DNA of 64,000 nt from the IMG/VR virus record IMGVR_UViG_3300020439_000004, positions 32,001 through 96,000 of that record; one strand, given 5' to 3'. The notes beneath the pieces were generated by a model. The model was not told the origin of the DNA and did no database searches. It saw nothing but the letters and a program-made list of their open reading frames with translations. Origin of the DNA: a virus. Every line of letters starts with the position of its first letter. Position 1 is the stretch's first letter. Made by a program: the position numbers and the translations under genes. This document shows positions 28,809 through 39,386 of the stretch, piece by piece.

Positions 28809-30185
28809 ATGTCAACGAGCGGAGTACAATATGCAATAAATCATAATTTTACCAGCAATGACCCTTTGTTGATTTATTATGATTTTTCTAGTGGAACAGG
28901 AACAGCTCTTTCTTTTACAAGTGATGTAGACGCAAGAGTAGACAACCAAGAGCCAGCAGTAAATACAACTCCATACGCTGGAGTTATAATAAATTCTAGA
29001 GCTGGAACAGAAACAGCCGCAAAGACATATGCAACTGGAGCATTTTTAAGCGAAAATAAGGCTAGATTAAGTGCATCAAATATCAAAGTTGATGCATCTA
29101 ATTTAAACTTTAATTCATTAACTGCTATATTTGATTTTGAGTTTGATACTGCACATCCCGTAACTGGTGGAGTTTTATTTGGAGCCTTAGAAAAAACTCT
29201 TGAGACTATTAATGGAGAAATTATAACAGGATCTAAAGGGTATAATTTTGGAATAACTGATAGAGGTAAACTCTACTATCAAGGCTTTGATCGTCATGGA
29301 GATTTTATACATGTCGCATCAGAAATTGAGCTATCTAAAAGAAATTTAATATCTTTTTCTTTAGATTCTAATACTTTAGAAGTGGCTAGAGTTGATTATC
29401 TTAACGAAAAAATACATAGTCAAAACTATACTCTAGATACTTCTTTTATAGCTAACTCAGATAACTTTTACTTAGGAGGGTCAAATACCTTTTACAAAAC
29501 ATCAAGTCCAAGTGACACAACGTTTAGTGGTTTCATAAATGAGTTCGCTTTGATTTCAGGGTACATTTCTACTGATATTGTTAAAAGTATAGGCAGTGGA
29601 ATGATAGGGGAGTACTTCTTCAGCTCAGGAGCTGCAACTACTAAAGAACAAATCACAGGTTATTCAGAAACAATAATTTATAAAACTGGCATCACTGGAT
29701 ACGACTTCAATCAAACTGGTCTTCTTACAATAACCACAGGAAGAGATATGCAAACAGGATCGTTTGCTTCAGATTCTACAAGCTCTATTAACGAAGGGGA
29801 TAAATATTTTAAATTTTATACTTTAGATAATGGCGATGTAAAAACATTTTATAAAGAAGAGATTGGATTTTTAGATCCTGATTCTGGTTTTAATTATGCT
29901 CCAACAGGTTCTGGAGCGTTCGCTACTTTAGGTTTGAATAATATTACTGGAGTTATAAACACTTTTGCAGAAACAACTGGTGTTGATGATGCTGGCAATA
30001 TTACAATTAAACTTTACGAGAGTATAGTTCAAACAGGAACATTAAATGAAATAAGCGGTATAACTACAACAGCTCTAACAGAAACAATCAACGTGCCAGC
30101 TATTCCAGTATCAGGAATAACACTATCAGGAAACTCTGAAGACTTAAAGAAAGATTACATCTACTATATGGGACAAAGGCTATGA
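28809..30185 (+). CDS. tail protein with LamG/ConA-like N-terminal domain
   Basis: LLIYYDF...FYLGG...FSGFINEFALISG LamG-like pattern; many [ST]G dipeptides. Confidence 0.6.
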   Translation: MSTSGVQYAINHNFTSNDPLLIYYDFSSGTGTALSFTSDVDARVDNQEPAVNTTPYAGVIINSRAGTETAAKTYATGAFLSENKARLSASNIKVDASNLNFNSLTAIFDFEFDTAHPVTGGVLFGALEKTLETINGEIITGSKGYNFGITDRGKLYYQGFDRHGDFIHVASEIELSKRNLISFSLDSNTLEVARVDYLNEKIHSQNYTLDTSFIANSDNFYLGGSNTFYKTSSPSDTTFSGFINEFALISGYISTDIVKSIGSGMIGEYFFSSGAATTKEQITGYSETIIYKTGITGYDFNQTGLLTITTGRDMQTGSFASDSTSSINEGDKYFKFYTLDNGDVKTFYKEEIGFLDPDSGFNYAPTGSGAFATLGLNNITGVINTFAETTGVDDAGNITIKLYESIVQTGTLNEISGITTTALTETINVPAIPVSGITLSGNSEDLKKDYIYYMGQRL

Positions 30186-31003
30186 TATACAATTACATAT
30201 TTTCTACAGGTGATGCCACTATATCAGGATGCACTCTTTCTGGTTATAGCGGGCAGAAAGATAATTCATCAAGTTTTCAAGACAACTTCTATTATAACTC
30301 TGCACTAATAACAGGTTTAAAGAATATGAAGTTAGCCTCCAATGGACAAACTTTATATGAAGAAGGACCGATTGAAACTGAGGCAACAAATGAAACTGTA
30401 TATCAAATATTATCAGGAGATTTCTTTTTAAAGACTGGTGCTGTTGATCAGTTTGATAGGAATAAACTTTTTGGAGATTCTACAACTCCATTCAAGTCTA
30501 CATATAATGTTTCATATGAAAAATACACTGGCAAATCAGCCGTAGGTCTAGGAAGCGCTGCTGCTGAGCTTGGGCCAGCACTTAAATCAGGTATAAGTGG
30601 AATTGAAACAGCTTTGAATTTTGAAGATTATGAATATTTCTTGAATGGTCAAAAAGTATACTCTGGAGTAGGTGTTGGGGTTTCTGCTGGAGTTGGAACT
30701 CAGTTTATGTTGAATTTTGATAGCTCTAGTTATGGAGGAATAATTACAACAGCTAATAAATCAAATTTTAAAGGTTTTGCTTTTATAAAGCAGGGTAGAA
30801 CAAATGACATAACAGGGGAGAATCCTGATGTGTATGGGACAGGATTTGTAGAAGATCAAACATCTTTTTACTTAAATGGAGTAAAAGAGTCTGATGATAT
30901 GTATCTAGAAATGTATACAGGTGTAACTATTGTAAGAACAGGTGTGTCTGCTGGGGTTTTTGCCTTTGGAGTACCCACTGAAACAGCAAGTGTGAGCTTA
31001 TGA
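30182..31003 (+). CDS. tail protein
   Basis: repeated (Y/F)LNG(Q/V)K motifs; [ST]G-rich. Confidence 0.55.
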   Translation: MIYNYIFSTGDATISGCTLSGYSGQKDNSSSFQDNFYYNSALITGLKNMKLASNGQTLYEEGPIETEATNETVYQILSGDFFLKTGAVDQFDRNKLFGDSTTPFKSTYNVSYEKYTGKSAVGLGSAAAELGPALKSGISGIETALNFEDYEYFLNGQKVYSGVGVGVSAGVGTQFMLNFDSSSYGGIITTANKSNFKGFAFIKQGRTNDITGENPDVYGTGFVEDQTSFYLNGVKESDDMYLEMYTGVTIVRTGVSAGVFAFGVPTETASVSL

Positions 31004-33690
31004 GTTTAGAAACTATAAATAGCGTAGATATAAATTTTTCTAATGGTGCAGGTGGACACACTGCAACAGTAAACTCAACTGTTGATGTAAAAAACTCAGA
31101 CGGATCTCCTTCTTTGGGAGTTGTTGATGGAGAGATAGGGTCTAAGAATTATTTTTCTAAAGATGAGATAAATAATATTATGTCTAGATTCATATGTACA
31201 TCTCTTACTAAAAATCAAGGTCCAATAGGGTTAACCGTTTCTAGAAAATATTCAGACATAACATCTCTAACATTAAACTCTTACTTGGTAATGGTTCGAG
31301 GCGTGAATGCACCGCCAGATAACTCTGACTCTTTCGAGGGTATGTTTCCATTTTTCTCAGAGGTAAAGGGAAGTCCTTTAAAATCTTACCCATCTACTAG
31401 CGTTAGAGAAATTGAAGGTAAAAGAATTTTAGTTGTTGGTAGAATATACAACTATGAAAGCGCAACTGTACTAAATGGCTTGAAAGTTTCTTTGGTTTAT
31501 AATGATCAAGAATTGAAAAAAAATCTTTGCTTGAATCAAGATACTGTAACTCAACCGTATAAAGACTCGCCAAGTTTAGTTAATTACACTTTGAAGTTTG
31601 GATATACCTTGAATGAATATTTGGAGATGCTTGATCATGTAGGTATAGTTCATAAAGGTTTAGAAAATGTAGAAAACGGAGACACTATTTTATTTGAGAA
31701 TAGTGGCACTTTAGCAGATGTAACTTCCGCTATAGCAGCTTACTTTGGTTATTATTATTTTATTGATCCAAATACAGGGCATTTAAATTTCATTGATAGT
31801 AGAATAGCGTCTGATATAGAAATTACTGACTTCACGCAAACAACTGACGAAAATATTGTTTCTGCTACTTTCACTGAAGACAAGTTTACTCCAGAAATAG
31901 TTAATGCTTATGTAGGAAGTGCAGATAAACCTAGCATCAATACAGAACAAGGTAGATTTAAATTTGGTGATGGAGGAGATGGTAATGGACGTTCTACTAA
32001 ATTAAATTTTTTCCAACTTACAAAAGAGGACACTACAGCATCAAATGGGGATATTGCTCTAACTTCAGATGTAATAAGTCTTTATTACATGTTTTTCGCT
32101 TTGGGTTTTGAAGGTAGCAAACATTTATTTGATATATATACATATGCTTTGATGCTTAATAACTTTTTATATAGACCTAAATTTAGGATTCTTTTTCCAC
32201 AAGGCGGTGATAACGGTGGCTTGCAGTTTAATAACCTTGAAAACTTTCCAAAAAGATTAATAAAATTTGAAAGAAATTCTTTTTGTCGAGATGCAAAATC
32301 CCCCCAAAAACATGAATTAGGTATTATTGATACTTTTGCTATAAGAGGAGCGCAACTATCTTTAGATGGCCAGACGATAACAAAGTATTCCATACACAAT
32401 TCTCCTGAAGAATTTTTACAAAATAATGTTATAAAGGATGATGCAAATGTAAAAAGATTAGCGAAGGTGGGAAAATTACCTAACGCTTTTGATAATATCA
32501 ATGGGTTAACTGAAGCCGCTGCATACCCTATAAGTTATCAAGCAATAAAAGGAGCTGATGGAGAACCAATTCAAGTAGGAAAACCGTCAGAAAGCGACTT
32601 ATTTAGTTTTTTACAGGGTTACTTTGAATTTGCAGGAGGTCTTTATATAACTTCTGGAATGTCTGAAGATAAAGCTAGTAGACTTGTTAATATAGAAGAT
32701 AAAGGTTTTGAGCTTCTCGGACCCTTTGATAAAGATACAACATTTGCAGACGCAGCAGACGAGCAAGGTGTACAGGCTGAAGTTTTTCAATGGCTTATAA
32801 ACTATAGAGGTTTTACAAAAGCTTCAAAAATTAGAGAATTAACTGGAGCAGCGCTTTTTGGACAAAAGGACGTTGGAGATTTTCATTATATAGCTGTTAA
32901 AAAGTGGGCTAGAGCCGCTACAATACCAAGAGTCAGGGGTGGCGATCAAGCTGGTTTTATTAAAGAACAAACTGACAAATATAGATTTCTTCTAAATATG
33001 GCTGATATTGAAGAAAGTGATGCGGGTTCAAATACAATTTTGATAGAGTCACGGGATGAGGCCATTGGTAAAAAAGATTTATTTGATAGAGTTACTGAAT
33101 TAGCAACAGTTTCAAGATTCGGTTATAGAAGAGCTGTTAAAGAAGCCGCCAATCTTGATCGTAGACAATTTCAAATGAACGCAGAAATTCTTAAAAAGAG
33201 AATACGTGCCAATGACGATCAGGAGCAAGAAGATAAAGAAGAAAATAATCAGCTTGTAGGAGATCCTGTCGATAATGAAAAACTAAAAGAGTTGTTGCAA
33301 AGATACGACTTAAAATCTTTCAATTTTGATGCACCTAAAACTGATCAATATACACCCTTAAGTTTAGTAGTAGCTAATGGTTCTACTGTCGAGGTCAACG
33401 CATTAAGGGAAGCAACTCAAAAGAGTTATTTAGAAACCCCTCCAAAAAATTTAAAATCATCTTCAAAAACAATTTATGGATTAGAGATACCTTCAGAGTT
33501 TAAAATAACTACAAGTTCTTTTCAAATAAGGGTTGGTTCTGATGGTATAACAACAACTATTGGGGAATCAACACTTAAGCTAATACCGCCGACTAAAGAG
33601 TTTATTGTAAATCAAGCTATGGAAACTATAGGAACTCCTTCTATAAATCCAAGACTAAGATCTACTCAGAGAAATTACTTAGGTTTATAA
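31000..33690 (+). CDS. baseplate hub / central tail tip protein
   Basis: 896 aa; GTLADVTSAIAAYFGYYYFID hub-like motif; last gene of the tail operon. Confidence 0.55.
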   Translation: MSLETINSVDINFSNGAGGHTATVNSTVDVKNSDGSPSLGVVDGEIGSKNYFSKDEINNIMSRFICTSLTKNQGPIGLTVSRKYSDITSLTLNSYLVMVRGVNAPPDNSDSFEGMFPFFSEVKGSPLKSYPSTSVREIEGKRILVVGRIYNYESATVLNGLKVSLVYNDQELKKNLCLNQDTVTQPYKDSPSLVNYTLKFGYTLNEYLEMLDHVGIVHKGLENVENGDTILFENSGTLADVTSAIAAYFGYYYFIDPNTGHLNFIDSRIASDIEITDFTQTTDENIVSATFTEDKFTPEIVNAYVGSADKPSINTEQGRFKFGDGGDGNGRSTKLNFFQLTKEDTTASNGDIALTSDVISLYYMFFALGFEGSKHLFDIYTYALMLNNFLYRPKFRILFPQGGDNGGLQFNNLENFPKRLIKFERNSFCRDAKSPQKHELGIIDTFAIRGAQLSLDGQTITKYSIHNSPEEFLQNNVIKDDANVKRLAKVGKLPNAFDNINGLTEAAAYPISYQAIKGADGEPIQVGKPSESDLFSFLQGYFEFAGGLYITSGMSEDKASRLVNIEDKGFELLGPFDKDTTFADAADEQGVQAEVFQWLINYRGFTKASKIRELTGAALFGQKDVGDFHYIAVKKWARAATIPRVRGGDQAGFIKEQTDKYRFLLNMADIEESDAGSNTILIESRDEAIGKKDLFDRVTELATVSRFGYRRAVKEAANLDRRQFQMNAEILKKRIRANDDQEQEDKEENNQLVGDPVDNEKLKELLQRYDLKSFNFDAPKTDQYTPLSLVVANGSTVEVNALREATQKSYLETPPKNLKSSSKTIYGLEIPSEFKITTSSFQIRVGSDGITTTIGESTLKLIPPTKEFIVNQAMETIGTPSINPRLRSTQRNYLGL

Positions 33691-33692
33691 TA

Positions 33693-34466
33693 TCAACCTT
33701 GAGCTTTTCTAATAAGAGCTATAAGTATTCTGCACTCTTTGGCGGGAACATCATTAAAGCTGTTCCAGTCTTTTATGTCTTCATTCTTGTAGGTTTCACT
33801 CTTCCACAAAGTTCTTAGATAATTTTTAAAGTCATCAAAGTCAGTGATATTTAAAACTTCTGCTAAAGTTTTTTGTAATGTTCCAGTAGGTGTGATTGCA
33901 AAAATTTGAGAAGCTTGTCCTGATTTCTTTTGTATTGGGGTCTTGTTTTCAGATTTATCTATCTCATCTGCTCCAACAATATGAACGCCTAGATAATTTC
34001 TAACGCATCTTACAAAAGCTCTATTGCAAGCAATAGTTTCTAGGAATTTAGCGCAGAAAGAATCCGTGTTATCTAAGGTTGCATTTGCTGTATCTGAGTA
34101 AATTACAGAATATTCAGAGACAGACTCATAGTTATTACACCAAGTTATAGTACATTTAGCTACAACATATTCTTCTGTAACATTAGTTACATCAAAGTTG
34201 ACTGATGTATATCCTCTGAGTTTTGCTAATTCCTTTATACCTCCTAGCATTACTAAGAGTTGATTATCTTTCAATCCTTCAGTGCTAGTAGGAACATCCA
34301 TTTTCCTAGCCTCAAACCAATCTTTATTAGCATAAAGATATTCAGGCTTGATCATAGCCCGCCAATTTACAGATCCATCATCATTAAACTTGTAATCTAC
34401 ATTTTCTAATAAACCATGAATATCCCTCTTGTAGATATCGGGACCGTAAATCTTCTTTTTAGTCAT
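33693..34466 (-). CDS. single-strand annealing protein-like (Rad52/Sak-like)
   Basis: VVAKCTITW...ETIACNRAFVRCVRNYLGV...GADEI resembles the SSAP 'AETRAxxRA' core. Confidence 0.5.
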   Translation of the reverse strand: MTKKKIYGPDIYKRDIHGLLENVDYKFNDDGSVNWRAMIKPEYLYANKDWFEARKMDVPTSTEGLKDNQLLVMLGGIKELAKLRGYTSVNFDVTNVTEEYVVAKCTITWCNNYESVSEYSVIYSDTANATLDNTDSFCAKFLETIACNRAFVRCVRNYLGVHIVGADEIDKSENKTPIQKKSGQASQIFAITPTGTLQKTLAEVLNITDFDDFKNYLRTLWKSETYKNEDIKDWNSFNDVPAKECRILIALIRKAQG

Positions 34467-35583
34467 CAACGGTATTATAAATCATAAGCCAATCTAAGTC
34501 AACAAATAAATCATTCTCATTTTTTCTTTCATTCCTATCATAATGACTTTCATAAATATTATTGCCGCAAATAATCTTTTTTCTGCTTTTTATTTTTAAT
34601 GAATTTAAATTAACTCCTTCTAGTAATTTTTTATTGGTTTTTATGATTTCGGGTTTTTTATTTTGATGTATGAGATAATCAAAGAATTTTACTCTTTCTT
34701 TATCTATGTTTTTACTGTCTGTACATACTAGGGTTGTTTCTAGCCCAGATTTCTTAAGAAGATCTACAAAGTCTTTATCAAAAGAATCAGCTTCATAGGT
34801 AATCCTCTGTATTCTTTTTGACATTAATATGCTAGCATCTATTGGATTTTTTGTTGTAACTTCTGCGGGAGTAAATTGTAGAATTTTGCTTAGTGCATCC
34901 TCATTGTGAGCCAAGTCCATTCTTATTGAAACAGGGCCGCCTTGAAAATTAGTTGGCTGTGATGGAACAACTTCAATACAATTAAATATTGATCTTGGCC
35001 CCATATAAATAGTTTCTTCTTTTATATTTTTATCTATCTCTAAAACATCAAGAACTGCTTGAGCTATTTTTTCTGGTTTGATTAAATTAATTGTTTTTGG
35101 GTTTTCTTCTAAAGCAAAAGATGGCCTTCTACCATCTCTATCGGATTCTATTGTTATAGCTTTACTTTTTTTATTCCACAAAGGGTCGCAAGTATTTGCA
35201 TAAGTGTGTGAGTATATCCCAACAACAGGCTTATCAAAAGCAGAAGCTAGGTGAACTGGAACGCTATCAATCCCTACATGACCTAGTGATTTTTGAATAA
35301 TGTAGCTACTTTGTTTTAAAGAAAAAGTTGGAATATGTCTGTCTACACCTTCTATAGTTTCTTCTCCAAAAGCTCCTATTTGTATTATTTTTATATCTCC
35401 TAGATGCGGCTTTAATAGTTCAATAACTTCTGGCCAAAAATTATATTCTTTAGCTTGAACTTTTTTGTCATTGTGGATTGTAATGTATTTATCAAAGGGT
35501 ACAGGAAAGAAGTGAGGCTTTATTACAGGCTTTCCTATTCTAACTCCGCAAGATTTTGCATATTCTTCTGCTAAATGACTCAT
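34459..35583 (-). CDS. GT9 (heptosyltransferase-like) glycosyltransferase
   Basis: KEYNFWPEVI...HVGIDSVPVHLASAFDKPVVGIY. Confidence 0.78.
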   Translation of the reverse strand: MSHLAEEYAKSCGVRIGKPVIKPHFFPVPFDKYITIHNDKKVQAKEYNFWPEVIELLKPHLGDIKIIQIGAFGEETIEGVDRHIPTFSLKQSSYIIQKSLGHVGIDSVPVHLASAFDKPVVGIYSHTYANTCDPLWNKKSKAITIESDRDGRRPSFALEENPKTINLIKPEKIAQAVLDVLEIDKNIKEETIYMGPRSIFNCIEVVPSQPTNFQGGPVSIRMDLAHNEDALSKILQFTPAEVTTKNPIDASILMSKRIQRITYEADSFDKDFVDLLKKSGLETTLVCTDSKNIDKERVKFFDYLIHQNKKPEIIKTNKKLLEGVNLNSLKIKSRKKIICGNNIYESHYDRNERKNENDLFVDLDWLMIYNTVDD

Positions 35584-37301
35584 CTTAATTTAAATTGTGT
35601 TTTATCTTTTCCGTTGTGCGTATAGCTGTATGTTCTTTGAGTTGTTGCATGAGGAAAGAATGCTATATCAAAATATCCTTGATTATCCCCTCTGCCTTCA
35701 AGCACATAACAATTATCTATTTGTGGTTGATAGGGTAAAACCTTTTCTAAGTCAGGATTGTCATCAATCATGTGAAAATACTGAGGTTTAGTAAAGACAT
35801 AAATCTTTTTATCTGGGTAAAGTTTTTTTACATTATGTATTAGTGAGTTTATCATTAACACATCCCCAGCAGAGTCAGGCATTACAATAGCTAGTCTGTC
35901 TTCTTGTTTTGTATCTCCCAGTACATCCTCTAAGCTTGGAGTTTTTTGTTCTTCTTTTTTAACCTCATCTATTGCTAAAGGTTTCTTTAAGGAAAATAAA
36001 ATATGTTTTAGTTTGTTAGCTATAACTGGAATTGAGAATGTATTTTGTACATACCTAATTCCATTGGTTGTAATTTTATATTTAATAGCTTCATCCATCA
36101 TATAAACCTTTTTTAATTTTGCGGCTATATCAAAAGGACAAGTTGAAGCTTTTACAAATTGTGTTTGAGGTTCTCTATACTCATTCCATTTTAAAGGGAG
36201 TCCTCCTTGATCCTCGTAGCACGAATCAGTACCACAAGAATATTCAGTGACTAATGTAATTAAACCCGCAGCCTTTGCTTCTTGAATCGGCAGTTCTTGG
36301 CCTCCACTTGTAAAAGGATGACAATATACATCCATGCAGTTGTATATTTCATTTAGTTGAATTTCAGTAACACCCTTTCCGCTAGTCTTTGTCTTTAATT
36401 GTTTTTCAGCTCCACAAGCTGGACATTTTAATTCCTCGCCCTGATATGGCTGAACATGGTAATGATCACATTTATGACAAAGATAGGTTGCTAAGACATC
36501 TTCCTTGTCTACATTTTTCTCTTTTAAGTATCTTGGAATATCCCAACCTTGACCTACTTCAGACCAGTCGGTGTGAAGTAATAGCTTTGGTTTAGATTGA
36601 GGATTTTTTTCTTTAAACTTTCTAAAACCATCAAGTAAATTTGGTACTGATTTTCTAAGTTGATTTTTAAAAACAAACCCAATGACATAATTATCAGAAA
36701 GATTAAATCTTTTTCTTATATCGTCTCTATTATCAAGAGGTTTAAAGTTTGTATAATCAACAGCGCCATGAAGAGTCTCAACATTTTTATGACCAAGCTT
36801 TTTCATTTCTTGCTCTGCAAACGATGCCCATACTAGCATTTTATCGCAGTGAGGTTCCATTTGTAATGCTTGATCTAAAATTGGAACACTATCTAAAGTT
36901 GTCCAAAGAATTTTATTTATTTTATTCCACCAAGGTTTTTGTTCGTATTGAGGAAAAGCCCAGATATCTTCCACTCCAATATATACATCAGGCTTGCAGT
37001 CTTCTACAATTTCATCTATGGCATAACCTCCATAGGCATTGTATCTATCTTTTAAAGGGTCTCCTTGTATCTGTTGTAATATATTTGGATCTTGATTTAG
37101 AGTTCCATAAGATTTCCAAGGTGTTAAAAGTTCGGTTCCATATCTTATGCCGTTAGCAGCTTCAAAAACTTCTATCCTTGGATCTTCATGTAAGGCTAAT
37201 AGTATATTTCTGGCATTTTTGCCAAAACCTGTAACCATCCTAGAATGGTTAGAATGAAATAAAACTTTTAGTTTTTTAGAAGGGGACTTCTTCGTCATCA
37301 T
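35580..37301 (-). CDS. GT4 glycosyltransferase with zinc-ribbon insert and C-terminal GT9-like N-domain
   Basis: RKSVPNLL, GGQELPIQEAKAAG; CHKC...CPAC; AGDVLMINSLIHNVKKLYPD...DNPDLEKV. Confidence 0.8.
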   Translation of the reverse strand: MMTKKSPSKKLKVLFHSNHSRMVTGFGKNARNILLALHEDPRIEVFEAANGIRYGTELLTPWKSYGTLNQDPNILQQIQGDPLKDRYNAYGGYAIDEIVEDCKPDVYIGVEDIWAFPQYEQKPWWNKINKILWTTLDSVPILDQALQMEPHCDKMLVWASFAEQEMKKLGHKNVETLHGAVDYTNFKPLDNRDDIRKRFNLSDNYVIGFVFKNQLRKSVPNLLDGFRKFKEKNPQSKPKLLLHTDWSEVGQGWDIPRYLKEKNVDKEDVLATYLCHKCDHYHVQPYQGEELKCPACGAEKQLKTKTSGKGVTEIQLNEIYNCMDVYCHPFTSGGQELPIQEAKAAGLITLVTEYSCGTDSCYEDQGGLPLKWNEYREPQTQFVKASTCPFDIAAKLKKVYMMDEAIKYKITTNGIRYVQNTFSIPVIANKLKHILFSLKKPLAIDEVKKEEQKTPSLEDVLGDTKQEDRLAIVMPDSAGDVLMINSLIHNVKKLYPDKKIYVFTKPQYFHMIDDNPDLEKVLPYQPQIDNCYVLEGRGDNQGYFDIAFFPHATTQRTYSYTHNGKDKTQFKLR

Positions 37302-37839
37302 CTTCGTCTATTTGGGGTTCTTTTTGCGCTGGTTTTTTATACTCTTTTTTAGGCACTGTGGAAGATTCAAATGACTGTTTTATAAATTCTTTTAGTAGTT
37401 GAGCTAAAACTTCAACTTCTCCAGCCTCAAGAGGTATCCTAAATATTTGTGTAGAATTTCTAGTTATATTAATACCAAAGGCTGGTGTTTCATACCATTT
37501 GTCTCCATCTTTTTCTTTTACTTTTCGCTTTTTATCCCAAGGCGCGAATTTAATTATTGTTGTATCTTGATCTTTTTTATGGAATGCAACAAAAGGTATT
37601 CTATTTTTAAATGAAGATAAGATTTCACCTGCCTCTATAAGCGATAAAGCTGTAGTAGCAGATTTCTCAGGGTTTTTTGCATTCTCCTTGAAAGAGCCTG
37701 TTTTTCTGTCATCATTCCAGCTAAATTGCTGGATCATTGAAACAAAAAGTACAGGTTTGCCATTATTGCCTTTGTTGATGGAAAAGCTGAAAGCTGCACC
37801 TTGATTTTTAGAGTTTGGCTTATAAAGAGTAAAATTCAT
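37276..37839 (-). CDS. ssDNA-binding protein, Whirly/PC4-like fold with acidic tail
   Basis: Whirly-like motifs (see findings); C-terminus DEDDDEEVPF. Confidence 0.65.
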   Translation of the reverse strand: MNFTLYKPNSKNQGAAFSFSINKGNNGKPVLFVSMIQQFSWNDDRKTGSFKENAKNPEKSATTALSLIEAGEILSSFKNRIPFVAFHKKDQDTTIIKFAPWDKKRKVKEKDGDKWYETPAFGINITRNSTQIFRIPLEAGEVEVLAQLLKEFIKQSFESSTVPKKEYKKPAQKEPQIDEDDDEEVPF

Positions 37840-37877
37840 TGAATTAGTGTAAAGTTATTTAGATAATCTATTGTAGT

Positions 37878-38633
37878 ATGGCATTTAATAAAATTCAACC
37901 TGAACAGATACAATTAGCGACTTTTTTCAGTTCTTCTGGAGATATTTCTATAGATCAAACTGACACTGGGGTTGGTTTAAATTTATCTAGAGAAATTACT
38001 GGGGATTTTTACTTAACTGGACATACTTCTAATCCTCTTGTTATCAATAAGAGACCTGTATTTAGCATGCCTATAACTGGCACAAATACTATAGATGATT
38101 TTACTAGCGGCACTTTTGTTTTCAATGGGGCTGGCAATACTGTAAGTGGTACAAGAAATATGGTTATTAATGGTGCTAGTAATGTATTTACAGGAAATGG
38201 TGTTGATAATGTTGTTGTAAATGGAGCTTCTAGTGATTTTGGGTCAGGTACAAATAGTTGTACAAGTTTAGCTGGAGATGGGGCTGACTTTGCCAATCAA
38301 ATTACAGGAGCTGTAATAATAACTGATGTTACAACTAGCACTCCTGCTGCAATATCAAATCATTCAATGTTGATAGATTTTGATTCTGGAACCTTTTTCG
38401 CTGGCGGGGATGTAAGGTTTTCTACAGATATAAATGTAGCTAGCGCCTCTTCTGGAATGTTCTCTGGAGACTTGAATGTTATTGGAGATACGTTATTGGG
38501 AGAAAATTTTAGAATGCCTCTTTTTTCAGGTCAAACAGTAGTGGCTGATTCTGGGCAAATGATGTTTTCTGGAGGTAGACCGATTTTCCATGACGGAACT
38601 TCTTGGGTCGGAATAACTACAGAACCTATTTAA
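37878..38633 (+). CDS. virion structural protein, beta-helix-like, [ST]G-rich
   Basis: NGAGNTVSG/NGASNVFTG/NGASSDFG repeats; FHDGTSWVGI C-terminus; lone plus-strand gene with a GTGTAA motif upstream. Confidence 0.6.
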   Translation: MAFNKIQPEQIQLATFFSSSGDISIDQTDTGVGLNLSREITGDFYLTGHTSNPLVINKRPVFSMPITGTNTIDDFTSGTFVFNGAGNTVSGTRNMVINGASNVFTGNGVDNVVVNGASSDFGSGTNSCTSLAGDGADFANQITGAVIITDVTTSTPAAISNHSMLIDFDSGTFFAGGDVRFSTDINVASASSGMFSGDLNVIGDTLLGENFRMPLFSGQTVVADSGQMMFSGGRPIFHDGTSWVGITTEPI

Positions 38634-39019
38634 TCAAATTCAACCTTAACGTCTTTAGTCTCAAAGGTTTTCTTTTGACCAAGTTCTGATGTGTGTTTTT
38701 TGCCACCTGTAGCTTTTGAATAATTTTCAAGCGCTTTTTGCTTTACTGGATCTACGCCTCCATTAATTTCTGCTCTCCGTTCACTAAGTTCTGCTGAATA
38801 GTCCAATAGATCGCCTACAGTACCTTTCATATTGGCCGTCTTTTCAACATAGTTATTTGCACTAAAAGGATCATCACTGGCTGATATGGCCATATTTGGA
38901 GCAAAAAAGACCCTTTCCCACTCAACACCATCTTTGGAGTAAGTATGAGGGTCATTCATAGATTGAACAACTTCCTCATACTCCTCCTCGGTAGGGTGTT
39001 TGTAGATGTAAATAGGCAT
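38630..39019 (-). CDS. FmdB-like small protein (Cys-less)
   Basis: MPIYIYKH N-terminus. Confidence 0.5.
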   Translation of the reverse strand: MPIYIYKHPTEEEYEEVVQSMNDPHTYSKDGVEWERVFFAPNMAISASDDPFSANNYVEKTANMKGTVGDLLDYSAELSERRAEINGGVDPVKQKALENYSKATGGKKHTSELGQKKTFETKDVKVEFD

Positions 39020-39351
39020 TAATCAACAGAGATTTCTCTTCTCTCACTTACACATTTTTTAGGCAATGTGATTGTAAGTAGTCCGTCTTTTGTAGTTGAT
39101 TTGATATGATCAACTGAGACAGCTCCATATAAATTTAATTTTAATTCCTTTTCACGGCTATCATTTTTAGCTTTAACTTCTAAAACTTCGTTTGTAGCAG
39201 TGATAGTGATGTCATCTTTTGAAAATCCAGCAAGCTCTGCTTCAGCTACATAGACATCTCCAGATTCTTTCATTGTTATATAATTCTTCGTCGTATTTCC
39301 AAATACATCAAAGAGTGAGTCGTATAAATGGGTGTTTAATTTGTAATTCAT
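39019..39351 (-). CDS. small heat-shock protein (Hsp20/alpha-crystallin)
   Basis: AELAGFSKDDITI...DGLLTITLPK; start probably ATG 39351. Confidence 0.88.
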   Translation of the reverse strand: MNYKLNTHLYDSLFDVFGNTTKNYITMKESGDVYVAEAELAGFSKDDITITATNEVLEVKAKNDSREKELKLNLYGAVSVDHIKSTTKDGLLTITLPKKCVSERREISVD

Positions 39352-39386
39352 AATACTTATATTATTAACATAATTTGTGCCATAAC

